DNA of 64,000 nt, from positions 63,428,001 to 63,492,000 of the forward strand of contig CM052816.1 in NCBI GenBank assembly GCA_028534125.1, in the 5' to 3' direction. Below the pieces are notes generated by a model. It ran no database searches and was not told the origin of the DNA. It was given only the letters and a program-made list of their open reading frames with translations. Shown here one piece after another: positions 1-13,217 of the stretch. The DNA comes from Lama glama. Taxonomy: Eukaryota. The number at the start of each line of letters is the position of its first letter. Positions within the stretch are counted from its first letter, which is position 1. The position numbers were made by a program, and so were the translations under genes.

Positions 1-294
1 TACAACATGAGCTGCAGTGGTTACTGCAGTACTTAATTCTTCAAGTCCCTAGGCTTCAACTGGTATTACATTGTTATAAAAGACAGTTTACTAAATGCAC
101 AGTATGGTTTCTAAAGGCTGATATTTCCATATTAAAGACTCTAATCCTTTTTTCTATTTCATGTCCCAGCAACATTTTATTTTTCATACTCAAATAAATG
201 GATTTCAAAAAATCTAAATAAAAACAGCAATTACTTCACACTTAGATTAAAACAAGGAAATGAAAAAAAATAAAACTATCAGTAAATCACTTAC

Positions 295-487
295 CTTCAA
301 AATTTTTGGATGGCTTATAAGCATAATTTTTTACAATCATCTTAATAAGATTCATGCACTGGACAATGAATCGTTCAAATGTAACACCTTCACCAACTTC
401 CGTAAACACATAGCTTACAGAAAATTCCAGTGATCTCTGAATTAGAGGAGTAAATGAAAAGGGATGCTGATCCAAGAAGTCCAAAAG
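295..487 (-). CDS. IPO11: Importin-11 coding exon 10 (LLDFLDQHPF...YKPSKNFE), 193 nt; gene continues beyond the window start
   Basis: Peptide matches recalled importin-11. Acceptor AG at 489-488 after a polypyrimidine tract, donor GTAAGT starting at 294. Phase 0 in, phase 1 out. Confidence 0.97.
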
Positions 488-2551
488 CTATAAAGAAAAA
501 AAATTAAAATGTATTATCCCCAAATTCATATATGAATATAATCATTCATAGGTACATCTCATAACTTTGCTAGTAATCACTTAGAAAATTTTGAATCTTG
601 GTGGGGAATCCATGTATGTGCAGTTTCACATGTAATATACTTCTTGGAGTATGCCATACAGTGTGGATTAAATCAGATTATATCTCATTACTTGAACTTT
701 CTATTATTTCTAGTACAGGGTCCAAAATGAACTCACTTCATACTTAATCTGATAACAATGAATGAATGTGATACAAAAAGTTTAAGTGCACTAAAGATGG
801 GCCTTTAAAAAAGTAATAAAGGGAAAGACTCAAAAAATTATCCTACATGAACTGTATTTCAGTGTATCAAACAGCTGATGAGGGAGGTTTCTTCTTCATA
901 GAATTCCAGCTAATAAATGCAAAAGGAGTAACAGAATCAGAATACCATCACTCTGTAACCCCTAATCAAACAACAGATCAGGACTATGATCATCAATGGC
1001 TGCTAGAATCGATAGAGAAAGGCTGTTGAAAAACTTTACAATGGATAGCGCACTCAGTAATCTTAGACAACCACATACTGTACGTCTCCTGATGTGGTGC
1101 AATGGGAAATACAGGGCACTACCTATAAAGTTATTCTTGCCAATGGCACTTTCCTTTAAAAAAAAAAAAAAGGCCTGAATGTGATCAAGCCTCCATATCT
1201 AACTACAAGTTTATAAGAAATATAGGAGGAAGAGAGGTATAGAAATAAAGAATATATTAAGTAACACATCAGGATGTGGGCAGCCAAATCTATAACATGG
1301 ATTTTTAACTGTGATAATGGCGTTAAGATTGTGTTTCTTTTTAAATTCCTTATCACTTAAAGACATACATTTAAATATTTACAGATAATACTATATGATA
1401 TCTGGGATTTGCTTTAAAACAAAGAAAAAGGAGAAGAGAGAGAAATAGTACACAAATAGACCAAAACTGACCATGACCACACATTGAAGCTGAGTGGTAA
1501 CCTGAGAGGGATTCAAAGTTACTCATTTCTATTTGGAGGCACATTTAAAATGTTCACATTTTAAAGTCTTTAATGAAGTCATGGAGATCACAAATATGAA
1601 TTTCGTAAGTTAAATTATATGTGAACATTGCACAGCCCCACTGACTAACCATATCATCGTATTTTACTTTGCTTTGTGTTTCTTGTTTTTAACTTAAAGA
1701 CTCGAAGTCAATTTTATCTGGGTCTTGGAAGATTAGGTGGACTTTGGCTGTTGAGGCTATTTGGCACATGAGAGCTGGAAATGAAGACAAATGAAACTAA
1801 AGGTAACTGCTACCTAATCACAAAAATAAGAACAGCTCATTTCTACTCATTTGCTCCCCTCCCAGGGAACAAACAGCCTCAACCCTATGATGAACCTTCA
1901 AAGAAAAAGGGAAAATAAGCTACAGATTTAGTTACTGCCACTTGTCTTCAGATATTTATTTTAGGGCAATGCAGTCCTCTAACCAGGTCTTCCTGGTTGC
2001 TATAACCCAATTCTTTACACTTTTCCCAAGTCCCAAGCCCAAAATTTCATAAAAATTAATATTTTTAAAAATTTAATTTTATCAGAAATATATACATATT
2101 GCCTAGCACAATGCATCCATAAAATTCTACTCAAAAGGCATGTGATATTAATGCTGATAATGTGTCATGAATATACCGACTTCCTGATATTATCTACTGG
2201 GGCATCTTATCTATGTCCTGCTGAGCTGCACTGGTATCTTCTTTATCTCTGCTTTTTCCAGTGGGTTTGAGAATAACGAGCCTTAGAGGAATCAACTTCT
2301 CTAGTATTTATTAGGATTTATTTTTTTACATCAAGGTGACTTACGCACTATGACATATGCTTATTATATGCCTTCTAAAGGCTTCAAGATACAAAGGAGT
2401 TTTTTTAGCTTTCCTAAAAACAATCAGAAATTAAGTTACTTTTACAGTAAGGTGAAAATGCATGCTTTAAAAAAAACATCATTTTCCTTACTAAATTTGA
2501 GTCTATGTATTTCATTTAAGAAAACATACTTAAGATCAAAAGAAAACTTAC

Positions 2552-2622
2552 CACTTTAGTGAAAAGAATGATGGTCTTTTCCAGTCTATCTCTACATACA
2601 TTATCTGTACCTATATTTCTAC
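2552..2622 (-). CDS. IPO11: Importin-11 coding exon 9 (RNIGTDNVCRDRLEKTIILFTKV), 71 nt
   Basis: Hand translation of the minus strand. AG at 2624-2623, GTAAGT donor at 2551. Frame joins exons 8 and 10. Confidence 0.96.
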
Positions 2623-4047
2623 CTGTTACAAATACATTTTAAATATTAGTACAAGTTTTTAATAGTCTATAAATTCACAACCAAGACAAAGATAAAACTT
2701 TTTACAAAAATACTGTCAAATATATTTTAAAATATTTTCATTATTAATTCATTAGTATGTATTCCCAACTCTGAACAAATAAACCATAAAAATTAAGTTT
2801 TGAAAAAGCAATACCCAGACTTGCACACAGTAACCTTCATTGCAACATTTCACAAAATTAATCCTAAAGTACAAACTGCGCCCATTTTAAAGTAAAAGGG
2901 TAGCAATTTTCAAAATCCAAATTAGTCACACTTGAAATACTTTTCAAGCAACGTAAATAAAAAGAAAGTATTCAAAGATTAATGCACTCATTATTTTTCC
3001 TATGTCTTCTAACAATTTTCTTCTGATAATTTCCCTGGCATAATTAATTTTTGCATATTCAGAATAATGTCCATCAGCCCATTAACTATCCTGCCCTCTA
3101 ATCATACTCTTTATAATCTATCTCATCATTTACCTCATTCTTCTCTCCTGGAAGAACTTCTATTCTTCCTTCTGCCTCCCCCATGGGGATGACAAGAGAA
3201 AAATGCCCATTTTTAGAAAAATAAACTACATTATAAGAGCTATCTTACTCATCTTGGCGTGCACAGTACCCAAAACAGTGCCTGGCAGTATACTCAACAA
3301 TGTTTTTACTAAACTGAAAATGACTGTCATAAAACAATTAGCAACTCCCTAAAAGTGAGTAAATGAAGATATTTTCTCAGGGTAAAAAGTCCCCAAATAA
3401 ACTCACACATAAAAGCACATGCATACAGGATAGACACACATTTGTGTGCGAGCATGCACGCATGTACATGTATCCTGTGTGCGTATGTATGTCCATCCTG
3501 AGTAAAGGTGCTTACAATCAAAGGGAAGACAGACCATCAGTATAGTACAGCACAAATGCAAATGCTAAATTCTCTTGTGTAGGGTAGCAGACCAGAAAGA
3601 GTCCTAAAGGTAAGTCCGTGAAGGTTAATGAACAAGAATTTACAAAGTGAAAGTACCATTTAAGGACATTTATCTCAAACATATACGTATGTATAATGTA
3701 CTAAAAGAAACCAAATCAATAAGAAGTCTAAACAGCATTTGGCAAAGGATCTACACTTAATGAATATTAGCTAAACATACGACTATTGTGGATGTCTGCA
3801 TGGAACAACAGCTGTAGCTGTAGAAATGTAGCAGAAGGAATGAATACAAAATAGATTTAAAAAAAAAAGGTTTCCTCAATACTTGGGACAAGACAGGTAT
3901 ATGAAGACAAAGCTAAGCTTTCAATTTCAGAGAATTATTTATCAAGATACAAGATTTTTAGCCTCTCTTTAGATTTGCACGTGCTGAGCAAAAGCTACTA
4001 ATAAATAAGGATTCTACAGTAAAACCTACTGTCATGGAAGTACTTAC

Positions 4048-4096
4048 TGCATTCCAGAAACTGTTTAAGACGTTCAAATATTCCATGTAAAAAGCC
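4048..4096 (-). CDS. IPO11: Importin-11 coding exon 8 (GFLHGIFERLKQFLEC), 49 nt
   Basis: Hand translation. AG at 4098-4097, GTAAGT donor at 4047. Confidence 0.96.
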
Positions 4097-4423
4097 CTAG
4101 AAAAGAATATTTTTGAACAGAGTCTCAATTTATTCTCTTATAAGCATTTACTTTACACTTTTCCAGGGAAACCAAAAACATACCTATCACATATTAAAAA
4201 GTTAAAATTAGATAAAGTAAAAATCATTCTACCATTATAAACATGAGAAAAAACTATAGTATTTCATCTCCTCAATATTTCATTTCAGTTACCTAAATCA
4301 CTTCGCAATAAATAAAAAATTATTTATTAAGCATTCTATTTCACTAAACAGTCTCTATTCTTACTATTTTACTGTGTGTCTATCATCTGTCTCCTCCCAC
4401 TAAACTGTAAGATCCTAGAGAGC

Positions 4424-4498
4424 GGGGGTCATAGCTCAGTGGTAGAGCATGTGCCTAGCATGCATGAGGTTCTGGGTTCAATGCCCAGTACCTCCATT
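4424..4498 (+). mobile_element. tRNA-derived SINE (camelid Vic-1-like) with CA/A-rich tail
   Basis: TAGCTCAGTGG A-box, GGTTCAATGCC B-box, CCCAGTACCTCCA 3' end shared with the other copies in the window. Confidence 0.88.
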
Positions 4499-4856
4499 AA
4501 CACACACACACACATTAACACACACACGCATGAAAAAGAAAATTTCTGTGAACTGCCTAAACAAGAATACAAATAAATAAAAGATTTTTTTAAAAAAATC
4601 CTTAAGAAAACTTTGCTTTGTTTTTGCTCTATTCCAGAATCTAGGAATGATATTTAGCAATAGTAAGTACACATAATATGAATATATGGTAACAACTGTT
4701 TAAAGCAGAGGTTCTCAATCTCAAGTATTAAATACAAGAGCCTTCAGATACCAAAGGAGGTAACAATCACCATTTACCATGTGGGTCCAATAGACTTTTC
4801 TTTCTTTTTTCTTTTCTTTCTTCCTTCCTTCCTTTCTTTCCTTTCTTTATTTATTT

Positions 4857-4970
4857 AGGTGGGAGGTAATTAGGTTTTTATCTATTTATCTTTAATGGAG
4901 GTACTGGGGATTGAACACAGGACCTCATGCATGCTAGGCAAGCACTCTGTCCCTGAGCTATACTCTCCCC
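4857..4970 (-). mobile_element. tRNA-derived SINE (Vic-1-like) with a CTTT/CCTT low-complexity tail from about 4796
   Basis: Reverse complement reads GGGGAGAGTATAGCTCAG...GTTCAATCCCCAGTACCTCCA...AAACCTAATTACCTCCC. Confidence 0.88.
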
Positions 4971-5339
4971 TATTTTTTAAAATATATTTTAAGACATGTT
5001 ATGAACAACTTTACAGAAATAAATATAAAGGGGTACTGAAAAAAACTTCATTACAATTTTTAAGAATTTAAACATCACAGACCTTTTTTTATCAATAAAT
5101 TATGGTGTATAATATCATAAAAGACAACCCATGTCCTTTTAGCAAATAAGATGGTCTAGGTTTTTAACACAAAACACTATGCAATCAAGGTTTCCTGACA
5201 AATGACTTAACTAGAATAGAATGCTGTATTTTCTCTTTGTCCTTAGCAATCAATACACAGCTCACTCATCAATTCTCGAGTTTAAGACAATTCAACCAGG
5301 ATATCAACACCTGAAGACAAAGAGGCTGAGATTTCACTA

Positions 5340-5620
5340 TAACAATTTCACTACTATCATTACAGTCTAGAGTGCTGCCCTTTGTCTCTTTGAGAGCATC
5401 CCTCTTCTGATGCATGTAAAAATTATGAAGCATTTTCCTCTCAATTTTCTTCTCTCAGCCATTTCAAGCAGAAGATGAAAAATTCTGAATTTTCAACTGT
5501 GTTAAATGAGAGCTAATAGTAAAATAAAGAGATAGCATCTGAAGTTTTCTTTTGTATCTTCTTGAAAGATGATGCAATACCGTGGACAATACAGTGAGAA
5601 AACTGCAGAATGACAATCAA
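5340..5620 (-). mobile_element. Possible highly decayed hAT/Charlie transposase relic
   Basis: Minus-strand translation gives SHCIVH, resembling the CxxH motif (HCIIH) of Charlie-type transposases. Downstream similarity is weak and frameshifted. Confidence 0.35.
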
Positions 5621-6094
5621 TTTTCTCAAACTATTGCCTCATCCTTCTGGCAAGTCCATCATTCTTTCATTTCAAAGTATTTCAATCTTTTCATGCACAG
5701 CTGAGAAGAACTGATAAGTAATGATAACTAATAATAAAATAATTCCTAGGATGATAAAACAGCAAAATGCTTCAATATAGGAAAAATAAGATCACTGAGA
5801 TCCCTTAAGTATCTTAAATTTAAATAAGGGTCCAATGATCCCATATAGTAGCTACAAGATAGGAGGAATTTTATTCTATTTTCTTTTAAATAAAATTAGC
5901 CTGTTAGTCAGGGTTCTCCAGAGAAAGTAGAAAATTATAAAGGCTATCAATTTTAGTAAGCTCATCAAGAGAATCAGGAATTTATAGCATTAGACAACTG
6001 ACTAAACTATGTAGTCCAAATAAACTAAGTAACTTGACTAATGTTACATAATAACAGAATAAGAACTCTAATTAAAATAACCATTAAATGGTAA

Positions 6095-6300
6095 CTTACA
6101 GAGCACTTTAATTAGTTGCTGACCTCATTACAAAAATCATTATTTATCTTAATCCTCACAACATCCAATGGGGTATGCACTGTTATTTCATCTCCACATT
6201 ACCAAAAAGGAAACTCAGTATCAAGGAAAATAATAGTGTGAGGCCACTCTATCAGGATAAGGCTAAGCCAAGATTCAGATCCAAATTTACAGAGACCAAA
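6095..6300 (-). mobile_element. MIR SINE fragment
   Basis: Contains degenerate MIR core (ttaatcctcacaac...aggaaactcag). Confidence 0.6.
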
Positions 6301-6357
6301 ATCTCACCACTCTCATATAGTGCATCTTAAGCATCTTTTGAGTTCCATGTTATCTTA

Positions 6358-6890
6358 TTTTCTTAATTGAAGTATAGTCGATTTACAATGTTGTGTTAAT
6401 TTCTGGTGTACAGCATAGTGATTCAGTTATACATACATATATTGCTTTTCATAGTCTTTATCATTATATTACAAGGTATTGAATACACTTTTCTGTGCAA
6501 TACAGTAGGACTTTGTTATTTATCTATTTTATATATAGTAGTTAGTATCTACATATCTTGAACTCCCTATTTATCCCTTCCCACCCCTTTCCTCCACTGG
6601 CAACCATGTTTGTTTTCTGTCTCTGACTCTGTTTCTGTTTTGTAAATAAGTTCATTTGTGTCTTTTTGTTAGATTCCACATGTAAGTGATATCATATGGT
6701 ATTTTTCTGTCTCTTTCTAGCTTACTTCACTTAGAAGGATGATCTCCAGGTCCATCCGTATTGCTGCAAATGATATTGTTTCATTCTTTTTTATGGCTGA
6801 GTAGTATTTGTGTGTGTGTGTGAGTGTGTGTGTTTGTATCACAACTTCTTTATGCAATCATCTGTCCATGCACATTAAGTTTCCATGTCT
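6358..6890 (-). mobile_element. 5'-truncated LINE-1 3' end (artiodactyl/camelid type)
   Basis: Begins TTAATTGAAGTATAGTCGATTTACAATGTTG and contains GATTCCACATGTAAGTGATATCATATGG, typical antisense L1 3'UTR/ORF2 end. CATGTTAT occurs at both flanks. Confidence 0.88.
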
Positions 6891-7871
6891 CTCATGTTAT
6901 TTTTAAGATCTTTATATTATTTTAAAAGTCGTCCTTAATTTATAAAAATTCTATTCTCATCACTAGTCAATATATACATTAAAAGCCACAATTTGGCATT
7001 TATAGCTGAGTAGAAGCTGATGTAACATTTCTGTAGACAGAAGAAAGACTCTCGAGAGAAAGCCAAAGGCTCACAAAATACTGGCAGTATCCACTGAAAA
7101 CCACTATTCTGGTTTATAGGAATGTGATTCAAAACAATTCATTTTCACTAAAAAAAAAAACAAACTGAAACTAACCATCAATATTTCAATTAATTTTATA
7201 ATCAGAATAATACCACATATAAAAATAATTATTAAGCCTTCTGACATAATATTTCTAACATATTATATAGTCATTCATTTAACAAATAACTACTGAACAT
7301 TTACTATATGGCAGAGACTGTTCCAAGCTCTGGGGTAAACAGTAGGTGAAACAATGTCTCTGCCTTCATCAAACTTGCATTCTAGTGAGAGCACTGAGGG
7401 GGAATTGTCAAACTGGTTTCTGGAAAAACTTTTCTGGCAGTATGGAAATAAACATAAATATTTAAATGTACCAGTATTTAAAACTGGGTTTGGTTTTGAT
7501 ATATTTTCTGGCAATTTGATAATATATATTAATACTATAAATGTGCACAAGCTTTAACCCAACATTTCCATTTCTAAGAATTTATCCTAGAGATCATTAG
7601 AAAAGTCCACAATGAAATGTGTACCCAAATGTTTATTCCAATATAATTTATCAGCAATTAAAAACTAGAAACAACCTACATGTCCATCAATAGAAACTGG
7701 GCAAGTAAATTAGAGGAAACCTATGATTAATTTTATCATTTAAAAAAAATTAGTACACCAACAGTAATTATATAGGTTTAGTATATAATCATTAAAGACA
7801 TGACATAACAATATTCCTGATGTAAGAAAAATAACCATACTACCTTCTGAGCTTAAGAAAAAGCAAGTAAG

Positions 7872-9223
7872 TTTAAACTTAAAAAACTTTTGCACAGCAA
7901 AGGAAATCATAAGCAAAACAAAACAACAACCTACAGAATGGGAGAAAATAGCTACAAATGACATAACTGACAAGGGACTAATTTCCAAAATATACAAACA
8001 GCTCATACAGCTTAATATCAAAAAAACAAACAACCCAATCAAAAAATGGGCAGAAGACCTAAACAGACATTTCTCCAAAGAAGACATCCTGATGGCCAAC
8101 AGGCACATGAAAAGATGCTCAATATCGCTAACTATAAGAGAAACGCAAACCAAAACTATCATGAGGTATCACCTCACATCAGTCAGAAGAGCCATCATTA
8201 AAAAGTCTTCAAATAATAAATAATGGAGAGAGTGTGGAGAAAAAGGAACCCTCCTATGCTATTGGTGGGAATGTAAATTAGTGCAGCCCCTATGGAGGAC
8301 TGTATGGAGGTTCCTTACAAAACTAAAAGTAGACTTACCACATGACCCAGCAATCCCACTCCTGGGCTTATATCGAGAGAAAACTATAGTTCGAAAAGAC
8401 ACATGCACCCCAATGTTCAGAGCAGCACTATTTACAACAGCCAAGACATAGAAACAACCTAAATGTCCATCAACAGATGACTAGATAAAGAAGATGAGGT
8501 ATATACATACAATGGAATATGAATCAAACATAAAAAAGAATTAAATAATGCCATTTGTAGCAACATGGATGGACCTGGACATTGTCATTTTAAGTGAAGT
8601 CAGAAAGAAAAAGAAAAATATCATATGATATGGCTTACATGTGGAATCTAAAAAAAAGGACACAAATGAACTTATCTACAAAACAGAAATAAACTCACAG
8701 ATACAGAGAACAAACTTATGGTTACCAGAGGGAAAAAGGGGGTGGGAAGGGATAAATTGGGAATTCGAAATCTTGCACCTCTTGGGGAGTGATGGAAATG
8801 TTAGCTATCTTGATTGTGGTGGTGGTGGTTTCATTAGTGTATACATCTATCAAAATTCATCAAATTGTATATCTGAAACATATGCAGTTTCATACCATAT
8901 TAAAGGTGTTTAAAAAATACAAATTCTACTTACAAAACAAAAACAGACTCACCAACACAGAAAACAAACTTATGGTTACCAAAGGGGAGAGGGCGGGGAG
9001 GGATAAATTAGGGGTTGGGAATTAACAGACACATGTTACTATATATAAAATAAACAAGGACCTACTATATAAGGGAATTATATTCAACTTCTTATAATAA
9101 AACATAATGGAAAAGAATCTGAAAAGAAAAAAATATGTATGTATGTATATAACTGAATCCCTTTGCTGCACACATGAAACTAACATTGTATATAAACTAC
9201 ACTTCAATAAAAAACTTTAAAAA
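7872..9223 (+). mobile_element. 5'-truncated LINE-1 (ORF2 C-terminus plus chimeric 3'UTR)
   Basis: L1 ORF2 C-terminal sequence (AAAAAATGGGCAGAAGACCTAAACAGACATTTCTCC). Perfect 17-bp TSD AAGAAAAAGCAAGTAAG at 7855-7871 and 9224-9240. Confidence 0.93.
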
Positions 9224-10321
9224 AAGAAAAAGCAAGTAAGGAAACAGCATGTAGATCTCATTTATACAAAACTGAAGAGAGAAAGTATGTCTTAAAGAAT
9301 AAGCATTAAGATGTCCTAAAGGATATTTACAAATGTTAGCAATATTTCTGTAAGTTTTTAAATAACTTTTTATTTCCTTTTCTGTTTTTTAACTTAAAAA
9401 AAGTATGAAACACTTTTATAGAAAAAAAGTCTTTGCCTTATAATGATGTACACTAGCAGTTTTTTAATTCTTTTAACAATAGAACCATTATTTCAATCAA
9501 AATTTTACAGACATAACACTAAAGATTTTTTTTTTAAGTGCAGCTGTGGCCAAATCTAGTAGGACAGACCTAAAGACCCAATTAGATATACTTGTCCTAT
9601 AATTCCTATGCAGTCCCCAAAGCAATCCACAGAAAGTAACACTTCAGCTGACCTAAGCTCACTGTGAAAACTAATATAGATTTGAGTACACACATGTAGT
9701 ACTCAATACATATATACAATAATACAATCATATTTTGTTTTGGAGTAAAATATATGCAGCTATGTATTTCTGCATATAGGAAAAGTATATGACACTATAC
9801 CAAAAATGAGTAAACATCACAACTTGTGCTTATCAATGGAGTTTTCCCGTATTGTGTATTATTTCTTAAAATCGATTGCAGAGTATGTATAAATGTTATG
9901 ATCCATGGGGTGGGGTCGGGGGGTGGGAATCTCCTTTTAAGTATACAAAAACAGACAAAGGAAAATACCAAGGGTATCATTCTGTCTACACTGACCCTGG
10001 TAATGTTGTAACAGCATTCAAATTCACAAGAGCTCACTTGAATTCAAATTCAAATTAACATTCTCAATGTACCTAGGTATCTTGAGAACTATCCTAGGCC
10101 TATTTCCTCTCCTTCACACAAGAGCTGCTTTGATGTAGTGAAAATAGAACACATGTCTAAAAGTGTAGAACAGTATATACAGACAGTAAAAAAAACTAGA
10201 TGGTCATTGTATAAAAACTTTTAAATGAATACCAAGTAAAAAGAATAAGCTTTATAACACTTAGGATAATATTAAGCACTTTCCCAACATTATAAAAAAG
10301 TAAAAGACTTTTTTCACTTAC

Positions 10322-10380
10322 CATCACTTCCATATTCTTATGTGGTTCTACAAATCCATTAACAGTTAACTTACGCAGCA
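10322..10380 (-). CDS. IPO11: Importin-11 coding exon 7 (LRKLTVNGFVEPHKNMEVM), 59 nt
   Basis: Peptide match. AG at 10382-10381, GTAAGT donor at 10321. Confidence 0.97.
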
Positions 10381-11182
10381 CTGAAAAGTAAAATCAAGCT
10401 TTACTTACATCTTTTTCATGTTTTTCCTATTAAAATCATAATCATAATAAAGACTCAGAATCATAAAGCTTCATCAGGCTTAGAGGTTAATCTAGCTTAA
10501 TTCTTTCATTTAATAGATAAAGAAAGGTAACTCCTGGTAATTGGTTGGTTACTAAATGGGAAAGATTGAACTAAAGCCAAGTTCTTGTGACTCAAAAGCA
10601 GTTCTCACTTATAACCACTCATGTTTCATATTTTAGTTTAATTTACATAATTTTTATTACTTCTCACTTGGAATAGCCACTGTATTCTGAAAGTGAGAAG
10701 GTTACCTCTGTTCCATAAACCTTAAACTATGACTCAACAGTAACCAAAAAGCTTTATTCAGTTATAGGCTATATTAATGAAAATACAGTATCTTTTAAAA
10801 GGAACATAAAGATTAAACTGTATTTTCAAACCTGGAATAGACTACAGCTCTTAATTACAAGCATCACATTTTATAAGTAAACTTATGTACACAAGGAGAT
10901 AAGCAAGATAATAGATTTAAAGTCAGATCTAAATTTAAATCCTAGCTCCAACGTCCACAACTGCTATTATTTTGGACACCCTTTCTAGATCTCATATTCC
11001 TCATCTATAAATTGTGGTTAATAAGTCCTACTTTGTAAAGTTATTAAAGGATTCAATAGTACAATGCATGTAAAACACTCAGAACAATTCAGTAAAAAGA
11101 GGATGGTGGCAGCTTAAAACTACAAATTTTAAAGTCACTCCACAGCATTGCTTTCTATATAACTAAAGAGTTATTGTTGATC

Positions 11183-11270
11183 GGGAGGGTAATAGCTCAA
11201 TGGTAGAGAGCATGCTTAGCATGCAAGAGGTCCTGGGTTCAATCTCCAGTATCTCCACTAAAAATAAAAT
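11183..11270 (+). mobile_element. tRNA-derived SINE (Vic-1-like)
   Basis: GGGAGGGTAATAGCTCAATGGTAGAG...GGTTCAATCTCCAGTATCTCCA followed by an A-rich tail. Confidence 0.88.
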
Positions 11271-13084
11271 TAGCGTTCATGAGGTGGTCTAAAGGCAGTG
11301 TATCAAAACTAGGTTTAGAATGCAACCATCTAAAGACCTTCAGTTTCATACTATCAATTACTGCAACATAATTGCAGAAAACAGGGTTCACATTGTGTCT
11401 CTTATTCTGGACAGGCTCTTTCCCACCACAGGATCTTGATCCACACTATCTGGGATGGTCCCTTCTTTCTCCCTTTATCACCTAGTTAACTTCTACTTAT
11501 CCTTTATGATTTTGGGTCAAACATCACTTTCTCAGGAAAATCTTTTCTGGGAGTATTATCAATTATCATAACATTATACGTACATACATTTGTGTGATAA
11601 TTCTATTATGTCTGTCTCCTCAGTGCCAAGAACCTATAAATTTGTTGAATGAAATAATGAATATATGCATGTCTAAAAGATACTAAATGCACGCAGATAT
11701 AAAATCAAAGATTGCATGTAGCAAAAGCTCTAGTTCTAAGTATTTAAGTTATAAAAGGATAGAAATTTATAGCTGGACAGAACAAGTATTTTAAAGAGAA
11801 ATGCTATGGGATTTTTCTAGGTCAGGGATGTCTTAGAAATGCTAATGTGTATGTAAGACCTTGAGATGTTGAGTTGCTGAAAAGCTTAAAGCAGCTTAAT
11901 ACAGAGTCAAGTTGTATCATTTCTGTCAGGGTTTAGGCTTTCAAATCAGTAATACAAGAAAACTTTACAATCACAAGAACTCCTGAAAATTCCTTAATCA
12001 TTAAATATAGTACATACTGCTTTGTGTATCTAACCTGTATCAGTTTCTCTAATTCTTTCTGAGTAAGCATTTCTAAGGCCTTTTAATTTCTTCCTCAAGA
12101 AGCTGACAAAACCACCTCCACTCACTTGTATAACCACCTGTACAATGGACTGGATTTTCCTTGTCAACAGTCCTTGAAAATAATTCAAGTTTGTCCACAA
12201 GGCTCACCAAGATGTACTGACAGCTTGGAGTGTGTGCATTTGTCTGTCTGGTTTATGTAAGTGATGCATCAGAGTAGTGCCAAGAGTGTATGATGGCATT
12301 TTAAGGTACTAGGGTGAGTAAGATAAAAGAGTTTATAAATAAAACAGAGAATGCAAAATGAGCTATACTAAGAGAGAAATAAAGACTGCTTGTGATCAAA
12401 CTAAGAAACATAAGATAAAAGAGCTTTAGCAACCAGAACAGAAAGAAGACAAAGAGAATATGACAAATAAAATGACTGTGAATGTTTTAGAAAGGAAAAG
12501 AACCTCAGAATACATTCATCAAGATAAATTCGGTTCAAGGAAGGTGAAATAGAGGTATATGTTAAGGGAATGCCTACAGGCAAAACACAGGAAAACACAG
12601 GCCAACATAGTACCCCATCAAGCACCTTCTGAAATCCAAGTGAGCCTGAGCTGAAACAAGAAAGATGGGATCTGAGTTTTCAAGGAAAAGAGAGCCAGGA
12701 GATAGAGTTCAACTAAGCCTTGGGGACAGAAGTTTAGGAAAGTCGTCATGACAATAATAATGGATTGAGAATGAGAAATGAAGCAAAAAAGAAGAGGAAG
12801 TATTTTGAAAGGAATATATTCAGAGCCATGAAATCCAGTAACGTGAATATAACTTAAAACTATCCATTTGAACTATGTGTGCTTCCATAAATTAGTCAGG
12901 GTAGAGGAAAAGCTATTCTCACAAAAGAAAAATAAACTACAAGAGCCCTTGTGTCTAAGAGAAATATTAACCCCTTACTTTTCCACCAGTGCAACTGGGA
13001 ACAGAAAGTCCAACCAGAGGAACTATCTGGTGACTGTTCTAAGGCATGTTGTTTCAAAAATAAACATGGCAAGTTTAACCATAC

Positions 13085-13217
13085 CTTTCAATGACAGTAG
13101 AGTTCGCTCTAGTGAACTTAGAACTGTAGCTTCATTGCCAGAAGAAACTTGTTGAAGGAATGTGTCTGTATGGTGATTCCACAGAGAGCAGGCAAAACTA
13201 TAAATTCCAGAAGCTAA
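13085..13217 (-). CDS. IPO11: Importin-11 coding exon 6 (LASGIYSFAC...ERTLLSLK), 133 nt
   Basis: Peptide match. AG at 13219-13218, GTATGG donor at 13084. Confidence 0.97.

Noticed and set aside
2549..2557. Tandem donor AAA|GTG|GTAAGT at the end of IPO11 exon 9
   Set aside because: The upstream GT is weak, and the downstream site gives the expected Val.
3400..3492. RY-alternating tract with a 12-bp imperfect stem (3421-3432 with 3471-3482)
   Set aside because: Explained by decayed CA/TG microsatellite; not convincing as a pre-miRNA.
9682..9706. 8-bp inverted repeat TTGAGTAC...GTACTCAA
   Set aside because: Short enough to be expected by chance in 64 kb.
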